64,000 bases of DNA, taken from positions 27,652,001 to 27,716,000 of the forward strand of contig OX597824.1 in assembly GCA_951406725.2 (NCBI GenBank), given 5' to 3'. The notes beneath the pieces are model-generated. The model worked only from the letters and a program-made list of their open reading frames with translations. It did not search any database and was not told the DNA's origin. Source of the stretch: Octopus vulgaris (Eukaryota). Both the position numbers and the translations under genes were made by a program. This document shows, in pieces, positions 10,740-24,425 of this stretch. Every line of letters starts with the position of its first letter. Position 1 is the first letter of the stretch.

Positions 10740-12312
10740 GCCACTCTCTCAAAAATTCGCAATTCTAACCAAAACCTAAAAATAATTGGTAAAATCCGCC
10801 TTGCACTTAAGGATATAATTTCAGCTAATTATTCTCATATTACAGATCTCAACCATCCACGAAAAGCTGAACGATTGTATGTGGTGAAAAAATTAGAACA
10901 CGACAACCTTCCCTCAAGAAACCTAATTGGCAAGAGCGTATTCGACACCAAACACTTATGTCTGACATAGAATGTCTAAAAAAACCTTAAGTTTGACAAG
11001 ACTACCAAACCAACAAAAACCCGAAAATTAAAGAGAAAATAAAATATAAAAACCATATTTGATATCGATATCACCATAGAAACCATCAAGCAAAATGTAT
11101 GTACTAAAGCTGCCCGCCTAGCAAGGTATGGAAAGCGCGTTGGATTCTTCAAGGGCAACAACATATTAAAAAATAACACCAAATGCGTTTTAGAGAAAGA
11201 TAGGGAAAATACCAGTTGCAGTAAAGTCTACCCCCATCAAAAGAAGTGCAGGAATTTTGGAATAAAAATAAAAAACAAAAAAAAAACACGCACAATGAAA
11301 AGTCTCCTTGGACTGATAGAATATCTACAGACTTAGAAGAGCAAAAGTGGGAGGGTATCAAGTTAGAGGATGTAAGATTTGCTCTCAGGAAGTCAAACAA
11401 ATGGAAGTCTCCAGGAAAGGATAAAATTCCTAACTTCCGGTTGAATGCTTTCTCAGAGAGACTTGAACTGCTAACAAAACTTTACAACAATGTTTTGCAA
11501 CAAGCTAGTATAATTCTCTCTTGGCTAGCTAATGGTGTAATACTCCAAAAATCGAAGAAATAACTGAACCCAAAAATTATAGAGCCATAACATGCTTAAC
11601 AACAATGTATAAAACGCTAACATCTGTCTTGACTGAATATACCTATAGTCTTTTTTTTTTGTAGAAAGCGGCATATTCCCTAATGAGCAAAACTGATGTA
11701 AACGTGGGTCCTATGGCTGTAATGTTCAGCTACTCATCAATAAGATGATCCTGGAAGATTGTCACAAAATATAAAAACTTGTCGATAGCCCGGGTAGACT
11801 ATAAAAAATTCTTTTGATAGTCTACCACATAACTGGATTAAGAAATGCCTGGAAATGTATAAAATATCACATACCCTGCGAAACTTGTCTTTCAGTATGA
11901 GAACCACACTGATTTTGAACAGTGACAATGAACCTCTTAATGCTGGAGATGCAAACATTTCCCGTGGCATTTTCCTGGGTGACTCATTATCACCACTCTT
12001 CTTTTGTCTAGCCTTAATACCTCTCTCGAAATTGCTCAATGAAGTACAATACGGTTATAAAATGTTTGATATAAATATAAATCATCTCATTTATATGAGA
12101 TGATTATAAAGCTCTTTGCAAAAAATGACCAACAATTACAGGGTTTACTAGCAATTGTTAAGCAATTCAGTGATGACATCAGGATGTAATTTGATCTCGA
12201 TAAATGTGAAAAAGCTACCTTAATTCAAAGGGAAAATGATAGAAACCCAACGTTAATCTTGATCAACAGAATGTTCTAAATATGTTAGAACCAGCGGAGA
12301 GCTACAAATACG
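10740..12312 (+). mobile_element. R4/Dong-type non-LTR retrotransposon RT fragment (decayed)
   Basis: KWKSPGKDKIPNF, PKNYRAITCLTTMYK, KRGSYGC..QLLINK, FDSLPHNWI, RGIFLGDSLSPLFFCLALIPLS, INHLIYM(DD) and FSDDIRM*FDLDKC, with multiple frameshifts. Confidence 0.92.
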
Positions 12313-13227
12313 TAGCCCGCCTTGCACCGGTGGTCTACGTGGAACCATATAAGGACCATTGAGTACTTTATGAAAATCTTTATGTATTTATGTATTCATG
12401 TATGTAAGTATATATGTACGTATGGATATAGAGATCTGAGGATGAGCCTAGTGGATTGACGATATTTGACCGAAATTATATATAGAGATTTTTATGCGAA
12501 GTTTAATTTGAAGCAGGCAGCAGTTGGAGCCTTTCCCCGAAATGAGTGCTTAAGGACACATCATGGCTGTGATTGACATCAAAAAGGATTTTGAAAATTG
12601 GTCATGATATTTTCAGGAATGCATCAGATGGGTTGGTAACAGGGTTGGTATTGGGATTGATATATAGTCCCAACTTGAAATGTATATCTCACTTTGTTTG
12701 CAATGGTATTACAGAGGAAATATGTGTATTTGAAAGTGGGGTTGCGTATGTAAAACCGTGCTGTTATTAGAGGTTGTTAATTATTTTTGTCTTAGCGCTT
12801 CTGGCAAAGCAAAAAAAAAAAAAAAAGATTGCGCGTATGTACTAAGAAGACATATAAATGCGAAATTGAATAACACATGCAGACATTCAGAAAAAGAAAA
12901 AAAAAAGAAAGAAATCTAATTCAAAGTAACAACAACAGACCTTGAGAACAGTTTGAAACCAAACATATTCCAATTTATTGTTGGAATGAGCTTGTGATAA
13001 TTCTTGCATTTATTAGGGAAACAATAAGCATTTATATGTCTTGGCTGCTAGAATAAATTTTAAACACATGTTGACATACGAACAAATGTTTGCATGCCTT
13101 TCGTATGATGGGAATTATCTCTAGGTTATGTAATTACAGACACACAACACACACAAAAATAGATATATCTGTGTAAACATATATATTATATATATGTGTG
13201 TATACATACATACATACATACATACAT

Positions 13228-13361
<134 letters not shown>

Positions 13362-13396
13362 ATACATATGTCTTTGTACACATATATACATATATC

Positions 13397-13443
<47 letters not shown>

Positions 13444-13486
13444 ATAGGTATATATCTACATATAAATAGGTAGGTATATATACATG

Positions 13487-13520
<34 letters not shown>

Positions 13521-14219
13521 CGAACAAATATAAATGTAATATACATACCCGTTTGTGTATGTATAATATATTTGTGTGAGTACGTAAGTATGTATGTGCA
13601 AATTCGTGTAGTTGTTCATGAGCGTATGTGGGTGTTCATCTCTCTGTGTTAGGTAGACATTTGATGACATAAGCAGCAACTTGTAATTTGTAAGATAGTT
13701 CAATTTCATATAGATGTTTGCAGGTATTAATGCCCCTAGATATGCATACACTCAAAAGTATACACGCGAATGCGTTGTGTGAGGGCGTGCGCACAAGCGT
13801 GTGAGTGTGTGCAAGTACGTGCACATGTGTGTGAGTGTGTGCGTGTGTGTGTTTGTCTGTGAGTGTGTATATGTAAACGTATGTGTGTGTGCATGCATGT
13901 ATCGGTGCATATGTGGGTGAACGAATTCACAGCAGAAAGTTCACTTCATAACGTGGTATTTTCTTTCTTTCACCTACTCTCCCAATTACCCGCTTTTACA
14001 GTGCCCAGTACAACAAACAACCACACATACACACAGAAACACACAGACGCAGACACACACGCACATACATACACATATTTGTCAGTGTCAGCGCGAAGCA
14101 GTGATTAATCATTCACGAATTTTACGATCGTTAAAATATGTTTGTTACCTTTCAAATTTCACGAGCAAAATTCAGTACAGTTACTGTGAAGAAAAAGTTC
14201 TCGTTTCTCGTAAAAGGTG

Positions 14220-14464
14220 TAAAAACACCGTTTCTACCCAGTGTTCTCTTCTATGTGATTCCCAGATGCAGCGTGTCTAGCTCTTCAGCCTTCGTCAATG
14301 GGAAATACCGAAGGGAGGTAATTCTAAGCAGAGTTAAAGCAATAAAAACACCGTTTCTACCCAATATTGTCCTGTACGTGATTCCCAGATGCAGCGTGTC
14401 TAGCCCCTTTAGCCGTCCTCAATGGGGAATACAGAAGAGAGGTAATTCTAAGCAGAGTTAAAGC
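14220..14464. repeat. Tandem duplication of a unit of about 122 bp
   Basis: TAAAAACACCGTTTCTACCCA...GTGATTCCCAGATGCAGCGTGTCTAGC...GAGGTAATTCTAAGCAGAGTTAAAGC at 14220-14340 and 14343-14464. Confidence 0.92.
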
Positions 14465-14799
14465 CGTAGATTTTTACGTAAAACAGTCAAAAGTGTATAC
14501 ATATGTGTGCGTGTGTGTGTGTGTGTGTATAAACATACACATATATACACACAAAGGAAAATAATTTTATTCTTATAGAAAAATGAATGTTTAAAACGTG
14601 TGAAGCTGCCATAGATTTAGCATATTTCTTTATAATCCGTTTAGAATTTTGATGTTCTTCTTTCTGCTATCTGATGCAGTTGTTTGTAATGGTGTTTATA
14701 TTTTTCTATTTAGCCCTTTGTCAAAGCTTGTTGAGCTGAGTTATGATGCAATATATTCTTTATATAATCATAATTAAGTGGTACTTCAAACTGTTATGA

Positions 14800-15023
14800 C
14801 GACGATCTTTCTAGTTGTCTCGATCAACGTTATTCTTAGGGAAGCTCAGCGTGACACAGAATATGAGAAGGCTAACCATTTGAATTACAAGTGCAACTCA
14901 TTTGTGCCAGTTCAATGGATTGGAGCAACGCGCAAGTATATGTCTTACTCAAGGATGCAAGAATCAAACGGACGGCCTTACAATCGTGTGCTCCGTACAC
15001 TAACCATTAAGCTACGCGCCTTC
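14800..15023 (-). mobile_element. Degenerate tRNA-SINE related to family A
   Basis: Ends CTAACCATTAAGCTACGCGCCTTCA (reverse-complement tRNA head). CAGCGTGACACAGA is shared with family A. Confidence 0.6.
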
Positions 15024-15216
15024 AAATATGATCGTACTGATTTGATATATAACCATTTTAACGTTATTGAGCATGGCGAGGAAGATTTGCCTTCTTCCTG
15101 GGGAACATGGTAGAATATTTAGCGTAGGGTAAATAGATTGTCAAATGAGATCTTAAACAGTAATGAGGATTGTAAGAAATATCAACGTAGTGGTTGTCAT
15201 TATTCCTTTCATCACG

Positions 15217-15432
15217 AAGGCGCCGAGTTTGCAGAATCGTTAGCGCGCTGGACGAAATGCTTAGCGGTACTTCTTTCAGCCTCTACGATCTGAGTTCAAA
15301 TTCCGCCGAGGTCGACTTTGTCTTTCATCATTTCGGGGTCGATAAATTAAGTAACAGTGAATCTCTGGGGGTCGATGTAATCGATTAGTCCCCTCCCCCA
15401 AAATTTTAGGCCTTGTACTTATATTAGAAAGA
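15217..15432 (+). mobile_element. SINE family C monomer with 17-bp TSD
   Basis: AAGGCGCCGAGTTTGCAGAATCGTTAGC...GAGTTCAAATTCCGCCGAGGTCGACTTTG. TSD ATTATTCCTTTC(A/G)TCAC at 15199-15215 and 15433-15449. Confidence 0.9.
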
Positions 15433-15519
15433 ATTATTCCTTTCGTCACAGACTAGCTCTCTTTCCGAGGATGTTACCATTCAGATAATTTCCGACGGAA
15501 GATTTGTTTTCGAGGTAGA

Positions 15520-15795
15520 GCCGACCAGGCTGCATGCTGTGTTGTTGAGGAAGGCACTTTATTTCACGTTGCTCCAGTTCACACAGCTATAGAAATGAGT
15601 TGCAACGTCACTGGTGCCAAGCTGTATCGGCCTTTGCTTTTCTATTGGATAACATCGGTGACGTGGATAGGGGAAGTTGGTCTTCCATAAAAATAACTTT
15701 AGGCTGTGCGTTCGCCAGTGATGCGACTTCTTCCCAGACTTGTAGTCCGGACAGGAACCTTTTAGGTGGACCCATAGTTATTCCTGATCAACGAG
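15520..15795 (+). mobile_element. 5'-truncated SINE (family A-related body)
   Basis: GCACTTTATTTCACGTTGCTCCAGTTCAC...GGTGCCAAGCTGTATCGGCC is homologous to 51260-51550. Confidence 0.8.
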
Positions 15796-15855
15796 TTAAG
15801 TTTTATGTATGTAGGTATGTATGTAAGCACGTACATATGTATGTATGTATGTATG

Positions 15856-15887
<32 letters not shown>

Positions 15888-16295
15888 TGTATGTATGTAT
15901 GTGTGCATGTATGTGTATGTATGTTGTACACTGATGTATGTGGATGAAGGTTAATAACATAGGTGGGAAAATCAAATTACAAATGCCTTACGAACAAACT
16001 GCCTTCAAATAATTGTTGTCGAACGAGGTACATTTACAAATCTTTAACATGGGTGCCATTTAAACAGATGTGAAACCATCATTATTATTGTTGGTGAAGA
16101 GGCAATATGTCACTATCGTTAGCGTGTTGGATGAAATGCTTAGCAACATTATTTTCTTTCAGCTTATAACGTTTTGATTTCAAAACTCGCCGAGGCCAAC
16201 TTCGTTTTCCTTCTTTCGGGGACCGATTGAAATAAATGCTAGTTTAGCATTAAAATTTCCCTTAAAATTCTAGACCCTGTGCCTAAAGAAGAAAG

Positions 16296-16296
16296 T

Positions 16297-16332
<36 letters not shown>

Positions 16333-16452
16333 ATTATTATTATAATTATTATAATTATTATTATAATTATTATAATTATTATTATAATTATTATAATTAT
16401 TATTATAATTATTATAATTATTATTATAATTATTATAATTATTATAATAATA

Positions 16453-16530
<78 letters not shown>

Positions 16531-16533
16531 ATA

Positions 16534-16611
<78 letters not shown>

Positions 16612-16612
16612 G
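16296..16612. repeat. (GTT)n-(ATT/ATA)n trinucleotide array, the expanded tail of the adjacent element
   Basis: Direct reading. It abuts the 3' end of the 16613-16995 element. Confidence 0.95.
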
Positions 16613-16995
16613 AATGAGTGAGCAGTGCATCAAAGTGACACTGGGGTAGAATATACGACGCTCAGTACACCCATCATGACTACCCGTCTGATAGGGGTAT
16701 ACCAACCACATTCATCACAACCATATGTGCGCGACATGGTGATCTCATATTACGATAAACAGCGCATGACCTTGCAGGTGGAGCCCAGTTAGGATTTTCT
16801 TCTGATCGAGTGGCCCATCCCGCTCAAAATATCCCTGAATAAGGATTGTTTAAGGATGTTGAACGAACCACCCATGTTTCCAAAGGGGAATTATCCAAAC
16901 CTCAAAGAATTCCTCTCAACACACGGCTATGATGCTTACCCCACTACTTCTACTTATGATCAGAGATGCACATATCATCAGCTACTAAGGGACAT
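16613..16995 (-). mobile_element. (AAT)n-tailed retroelement 3' region (family L)
   Basis: Homologous to 61408-61880 (-) and 59310-59527 (+). All end in GCACTGC(T/C)C...CA followed by an (AAT)n run. Confidence 0.8.
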
Positions 16996-17153
16996 ACAGC
17001 ATTTATTCAAGCTCTTTACGGTCTGCGTTTAAGTCCCATCGTGGCTATCTTTGCTTTTCCTCATTTCAGGATCAATAGTATATATAACCAATAAAATACT
17101 AGGAGTCCGTATAATCGAGCTCGGCCCTTACCTCATTTGCAGCCCTTACGTCA

Positions 17154-17218
<65 letters not shown>

Positions 17219-17702
17219 GGATATTATTATTATTATAGATATTATTATTATTATTATTATGGATATTATTATTATTATTATGGATATTATTATTACCAAT
17301 ATTATCACTAATATTAAAGTATTTTAACTTACCACGATGACACGACACGAGTTCAAAGTATCTTTAGGCTAGTATATATACATTTGAGGTTCACACAATT
17401 GGGAAAAGTATTGGACAACATCACTACACGTTAATAACATAACAAAATAACGAAGAAATAAGTAAGGAATATAATATTGAAAGAAGTGGGGGGGGAATAT
17501 ATATGGAAGCTAATATAAAAATTGATATGACGATAAAGTAGGATAAGAAAGAAATGCTAAACTTGATTAATTGAATGAAAAAAGAAAATGTTAACAAAAC
17601 ATGTCTGATTATGCATCCATACATAGGTATATTCACACGAACACGAGATGTACGTTTATGCATAGACATACAAACATATATATCTATGTATCTATCTGTC
17701 TA

Positions 17703-17738
<36 letters not shown>

Positions 17739-17837
17739 CACACACGTTCATATATTTCTATATTCATACACACATGTGTTGACCATATATAGATTATAAA
17801 TATATACATCATCTATATGAATCCAGACGTGTACATG

Positions 17838-17903
<66 letters not shown>

Positions 17904-17906
17904 GTA

Positions 17907-17948
<42 letters not shown>

Positions 17949-18202
17949 TATATACATACATATATATACATAGACGCATGTGCATATATATAGAGAGAGG
18001 AAATCATTTTAAACATACACTTTCAACATGCATACATACATAAACAACAGAAGGAAATACAGAAATTTGAATATGCATATGTACATACACGCTACTACAC
18101 ATATATAGGAATATATATTCTGCATATATGTATATATATATATATATATATACATACGTATGTGTGTATGTATATGTATATATATCATGTGTATTGTGTA
18201 TA

Positions 18203-18247
<45 letters not shown>

Positions 18248-18918
18248 CTACATACATGCGTCTATATCTATATATATACAATTATAGAGAAATGCCCACA
18301 AAAATATGCGTTTGTAGTAGCATGAATCTATACGACTACTATATATATATATGTATGTACGTATGTATGTATGGATGGATGTATGTATGTGTATATGATT
18401 GAGTATATATTGAAAGAAAAACAATTTGTTGCCGCACAATTGTGAGCTTCTGTGTGGTCGGCGCGGTGTGCTGTGTTGGAGGGCTTGCTTAAACTCTAGG
18501 GAAATTACGACTCGTTAACAGATAAGATGCTGTATTGCAAATCTAAAGAAACTAACCGTTACTGCATCTCTATACTTGTCTACTTTGGCCTGCTACCGGT
18601 TCTATACAGGTAAAAACTCTACTTCTGATTGGTTAATGCCTTTGTACATATTTGTTAGTGTTTGTTATTCTGGTTTTTTCTTATATTCTTTTATTTATTA
18701 GTGTTATTGCAGGATTTTTTTTCTCAGTTTTGCATTAGCTCTTTCTAAATAATATCATATCTCTAATTTCATTGCTTACATTATTGCGTTTGCATAAACG
18801 TAAGTATACATACATACATATACATATATATATATATGTATATACACATACACACACATATACACATACATACGTATATATATATACATATATTTACATA
18901 TATATATATATGGATATG

Positions 18919-18959
<41 letters not shown>

Positions 18960-18982
18960 ATATGATTAGACACACAAGCATC

Positions 18983-19026
<44 letters not shown>

Positions 19027-19480
19027 CAGAGAGAGACAGAGAAAGAAAGAGACTGACAGATAGATACATACATACACGTACATATATACATATATTCATA
19101 TATATAAAAAATTTTCCCATAAATATATATATATGCGTATACATGTATTCATTTGCATACGTATGTGAGATGTTTGCATATAGGTATGTATGCATGTATG
19201 TATGTATGTATGTATGTATGTATGTATGTATGTATGTATGTATGTATGTATGTATGTATGTATGTATGTATGCTTCAGTACTTATTATTTAATCGCATAC
19301 AAAATACGCAGAAGTAGCCTGAGAAAACAGCAAATTATTGTTGCCCAATGAACCAAATATAATATGCATATATTTGTGTATCTTGCCCGACCCTGAGGTA
19401 TTTTCTTTTAATAATGCATTAGATTGCTCTGCGGATTCTTATTTTAAATATAACTATATTCCTTTTAGTTTCATAAAATC

Positions 19481-19511
<31 letters not shown>

Positions 19512-19529
19512 TAGTATTGCTGTAGCTAT

Positions 19530-20352
19530 ATCGGTTTTACAATGGGAAAAAATCTGGGAAGTTGGCCAAGAGCAGTGGATTAAAATATAGTTTCAAGCAA
19601 ACATCATTTTATTCTCCGAATAAATGAGGGGCAAAATGAAAAGTAGTATTTGTTCAGTTCTTGAGTTCCATACAGCTTTCATTGACGTTCATTTTTATTG
19701 CCATTTTGCTCATCAAATCCTCGATATCAGATGTCATCGAGAGTAACTTTTCTCAAATGTAAACCATCTTTGAACACACGATCACTTTTAGGGCTGCGTG
19801 CTACCGCATTATCACATCAGCAGAATCATTTGGGGCACGAAAATAAAGATTTGCTTCATTTCATATTCAGTGGTTTTGAATTCTGTTCTTTTTCAGCTGC
19901 TGACAAAATAGATTCTGAATTAGTTCATGCCGCAATCGATAAATAAAATTCCAGTCCAGGAAATTTCGAAAAAAAATAAACACAAAGTGCCAAGTGGGGA
20001 TATTAAGCTGAGGGAGGATTGATTCGATAGTTTCATTGAGATCTTGATCTGCGAGAGACAGAGATGGGTAGCAGCCTTATTGCGTAGTTAAGAAGCATGC
20101 TCTGAATCTCAAACATGCCGTAACGGGTTTGACGCATCTAAGTGATAACATCATTTCAAATATGTGCGATCCTCCGCAGCTTTGAGATGACCAATGGCAT
20201 TTAAGTGGAATAATGATTGTTTTCATTCCAAGTCAAGAGGCTTTTTAATTCATTTTTTTTTGCCCCAGTTCTTCTCAAGGTAAGCTCTGAATTAGTTCAT
20301 GTTGCAATCCATAAATATAGTACCAGTCCAGGAAATTTCGTAATACCGGATA
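19530..20352 (-). mobile_element. Highly degraded mariner-like remnant with internal duplication
   Basis: Minus-strand CVQRWF...TLDD HTH-like fragment near 19700-19790. Direct repeat TCTGAATTAGTTCATG..GCAATC.ATAAATA...CCAGTCCAGGAAATTTCG at about 19914-19968 and 20287-20340. Confidence 0.4.
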
Positions 20353-20761
20353 ATACGGACTCCCATTTGATGCATTCTGCTCACAAGTTCTACCTAAGGA
20401 TAAAAATTCAATCAAGAGCCTGAATTAAGCGATCACAGAACTGTAGATGATCGATTTCACATTTCTCTTCGGACTGTTGAATGAATCAAGAAGATAGTCG
20501 TTGTTGCTGTTGTTGTTGATGTGAAATTCCATTTCCCTGGTGATTAACCAGGCCTTGCATAACAGCTTGCTAACTAGTATTTGTTTTTAAAGCCAGAATC
20601 TCTGTCTAGTCAGCAGAACTGGGATTAATCCTTTGTGAAGACAGTATGCTTAGTTTTGAGTTATATCTGACTGTTACTTCAGGCAGATGAAGTATCTACG
20701 TTGTGCCTTCCTCAATGGACTTCTTTATCGTGTGATAGTGGACTATGTACAATGACGGAGT

Positions 20762-21150
20762 GTGGAGGCGCAATGGCCTAGTGGTTAGGGCAGCGGACTC
20801 GCGGTCATAGGATCGCGGTTACAATTCCCAGATCGGGCGTTGTGAGTGTTTGTTGAGCGAAAACATCTAAAGGTCCGGAAGGCTCCAGCAAGGGGTGGTG
20901 GTGAACTCTGCTGTATTCTTTTACCACAAATTTCTCATACTCTTTCTTCCTGTTTCTGCCGTACCTGTATTTCAAAGGGCTAGTCTTGTAACACTCTGTG
21001 TCTCGTTGAATCTCCCAGAGAACTACGTTAAGGGTACATGTGCCTGTGAAGTGCTCAGCCACTTGATCGTTAATTACACGAGCAGCACGAGCAGGCTGTT
21101 CCCTTGATCGGATCAACTGAAACCCTCGTCGTCGTTATCGACGGAGTGCC
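20762..21150 (+). mobile_element. Full-length tRNA-derived SINE family A
   Basis: Head GTGGAGGCGCAATGGCCTAGTGGTTAGGGCAGCGGACTCGCGGTC (A box) and 3' end GACGGAGTGCC. Imperfect TSD of about 20 bp at 20742-20761 / 21151-21169. Confidence 0.92.
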
Positions 21151-21664
21151 ACTAGTATAGTGACGGAGTACAGCTCTAAAGATTTGTCACGTCATGCAGG
21201 AAACGATACAAATGATTTCAACAATGGCTATTGCGGTATTATTTGTATTGATATGACCACAGCTTTCACAGAATAAAAGATACTACGATATTCGTGCACA
21301 TACACACTTATACACACAAACGGGTTCGTATATGTATACACACACAAACTCACACAAAACAAACATACATACATACGTACATACATACATACATACATAC
21401 ATACATACATACATACATACATACATACAAACACAATCATATGTGTGTGTATGTGTATGTGTGTATCATATGCTATAATATAGTATCAAAAGCGTTATAT
21501 TACTCCATGTGTATGTGAGTGTGTGTGCATATCGGTTCACATACGCAGACATGTATCCATAGATATATAGTGAATTATCGGCATCTGTCGTCTTGGAAAC
21601 CTAACGTTATAACTATATAATCTTACACATAAGCCTTCGATTGATATACACTCTTATTATCATG

Positions 21665-21812
21665 CCTCTTCTTCTTCTTCTTCTTCTTCTTCTTCTTCTT
21701 CTTCTTCTTCTTCTTCTTCTTCTTCTTCTTCTTCTTCTTCTTCTCCTTCTTCTTCTTCTTCTTCTTCTTCTTCTTCTTCTTCTTCTCCTTCTTCTTCTTC
21801 TTCTTCTTATTA

Positions 21813-21877
<65 letters not shown>

Positions 21878-21903
21878 ATTATTATTATTATTATTATTAT
21901 TAT
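21665..21903. repeat. (CTT)n-(ATT)n compound microsatellite
   Basis: Direct reading. Similar compound arrays at 32515-32775, 37445-37737, 38122-38935 and 62708-62885. Confidence 0.97.
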
Positions 21904-23882
21904 GCATACATTCTTTCATTCATTTTGTTTTTATTTTTGCTTTTTCCTTTTCCTATTTTTTCTTCTATTAAATTGCACGCGTTAGTGTATCGTCTGTTCT
22001 GGGATTTTCCAGGAAAACCGTTCTCTTTTTCGAAAATTGATCTTTTTATTGAGAGTTTCTATCAACAATCTCTGATAGCTTCTTCGTGGCCGACGTATAA
22101 TTATTTTATCTACCACTTTCCAATTCTTCATCCTTATCTTACTTCTAGTTTCGTTTCTTAGTTCGCTGCTATTACGGATCTTAATATCAAGCGAGGAGAA
22201 TCCTTTATTAAGCAAATCTAGTCGAAGCAGAAATCGATAGACGTAAAATCTATTTCATTTCCTCGACATCGGATTAAATCAGACCCAGGAATCAATTAAT
22301 TAGCCTAGAGGTCAAGTGGGATTAAGAGAGGCCATATGTGTGTGTGTGAGTGAATTATAACTATATACCGCGGTAACGTGAGCGGTGAATTTAGGAAGAT
22401 GGATCAATGCCACACTCCATCATATTTTGACGTAAATCTTTCTTATCTAAGTCAATTTCTAAATGTTATATGTAGCCTAATACCAGGGCTCAATATACAA
22501 CACATTACGGATTTAACGATTTTCCAATCTTTGAAACATTCTATATTTGTTTTCGCTAATTGCTGTCGCAATGACATTCCTTATCTTATGATATCAATAT
22601 TTTATATCCGATGCTCACTAAATTATCTTGTCTTTGACTTTCTTGATTGTCATAGGACGTCGAGTCGATCTGTTGGCGATGGCGATTCATCTACCAAACA
22701 AAGATTTCACTGTCTAATTTTCCATACAAGCACTTTTCAGGTGTTCCTAGATACAGTAGTACCTGCGTACCTCAGGATGCTAGCTGTATATAGGTACAGC
22801 GAACACAAAACTGGCCTGTGTATAATTTGTATATCTATGCTATACTGAAATAGTTATACCGTAATTATATCGAAATAAACGTCATGAATATATGACAGGT
22901 TTTATCGTTCCCAGATATAATTAGAACTCCAACCATGAAAATAGTTATTGAACAGTATTCAATGTAGAAATTCTTAGAACTAAAACATAAATGAAAACAC
23001 GTGGTGTACTCTGGTGGTCATTTTCTGAAAGGGAGATAATCATTTCTAGATCAATTATAGCGATATTAGTGCTTTGAATTCTAAATCGAAGTGCAAGGAA
23101 GAAGATCCATAGATTATACATAGCATAAATACACATTTAATTCTATTTTTCTTATGCGTTACAGAGACCTTAGAATTTCCAACCGTGGGTCATCATGTAT
23201 ATTGGATGTAGTCTACAGAAATGCAAAACATGCGAAGGGTCTGCGTTTTAGAGGTCCGTAACTGAGGTAAACAATTTCCAAGTCAGACACACGCGAAAAA
23301 GATGAATACTGCAGGGACAGCGTCATACATGTGGACACTCTACGTTGCATAAAATATTATGATAGTTATAAATACAAACTTGTTGCCACTTCAAATATGC
23401 TTGAGCCGTATTGGAACCCATAAGAAAACCATTCACTGTATTTTGTCATGGAGAAAATATCTCGCTGTTGACAAATAAGTGTAAATCAGAGACGTGCCGC
23501 CTGGGTATGCAAGACAGGCAACGCTTACGTTGAATAAAATAGATTGATAGCAACATTTTCCTTTTATGACAAAATATGTACCTAATTCAATAAAATTATG
23601 AAGGTTACTCTGATTACTAAGCATAAAATACAAAATATTTTATTTCTTTTTGTAGATTAGGTAGGCATAATTCACTCCTGCTTTTCAATCCCAATATTTA
23701 AGCTACGCATAGTAGTGCTTTAGTACTGGTGCTGCGTACATCCTCCAACACTGTTTTCTTTACGTGCTATAAATCCAGAAGTAAAAGTCACCCAGTTGGA
23801 CAATTATATATAGCGACCGTGATGGCTTCTCATTCTGACATCCGAAGAGTTTATATATAAATGTCTTTTATGATGCTGTTAT

Positions 23883-24425
23883 GATAGTGTAAAGTATAGA
23901 AGCCATCTTATCATGGCTAACCACATTGGGGAGGGGGTTGTTACTGTAGCTTTATAGCCCCAAGAGATCTTCGTCTCTAGCTGGCTCTAAACACAATATC
24001 TGTGTCTTTGGAGTATTTGCAAAGGGAGGCCATCCCTTCCTCGCAAGTTTCGGAATGGTTGTCCCATCGAGCGATTACTGTTTCAATCTCATTCTGAGAT
24101 TTAATTATGCTTACTGTTCGTTTTTCGACATCAGTGGCAGACGCCATTAGAAAAACTTATATCTATTTGCAAAGGAGCCTTCACTTTCATCGCTACCTGG
24201 TGGTTACCGCCCGTTGACGAGGGACAACCATCCCGAAACTAGTTCGAACGTATCACTCAGGCTTGCGAGGAAGGGATGGCCTCCCTTTGCAAATACTCCA
24301 AAGACACAGATATTGTGTTTAGAGCCAGCTAGAGACGAAGATCTCTTAGGGCTATAAAGCTACAGTAACAACCCCCTCCCCAATGTGGTTAGCCATGATA
24401 AGATGGCTTCTATACTTTACATTAT
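23883..24425. repeat. Long inverted repeat (arms of about 165 bp), probably inverted PLE terminal repeats (family P3)
   Basis: 23883-24047 is a near-perfect reverse complement of 24261-24425. A hammerhead-like motif at 24208-24249 has its inverted half at 24046-24065. Confidence 0.85.
24208..24249 (+). ncRNA. Decayed minimal hammerhead motif
   Basis: CGCCCG UUGACGA GGGA caacca UCCC GAAAC UA GUU^CGAACG. Palindromic AACUAGUU, C3->U, stem I pairs 4/6. Confidence 0.55.

Noticed and set aside
20762-20840. tRNA gene (also 31790-31860, 58591-58665 and 25030-25102)
   Set aside because: These are tRNA-derived SINE heads that continue into SINE bodies and lack a proper acceptor stem and terminator.
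22770-23140. Possible minus-strand exons (acceptor-like TTTCAG at about 22846 and 23025)
   Set aside because: Weak donors or early stops and no recognisable peptide, so not supportable without RNA data.
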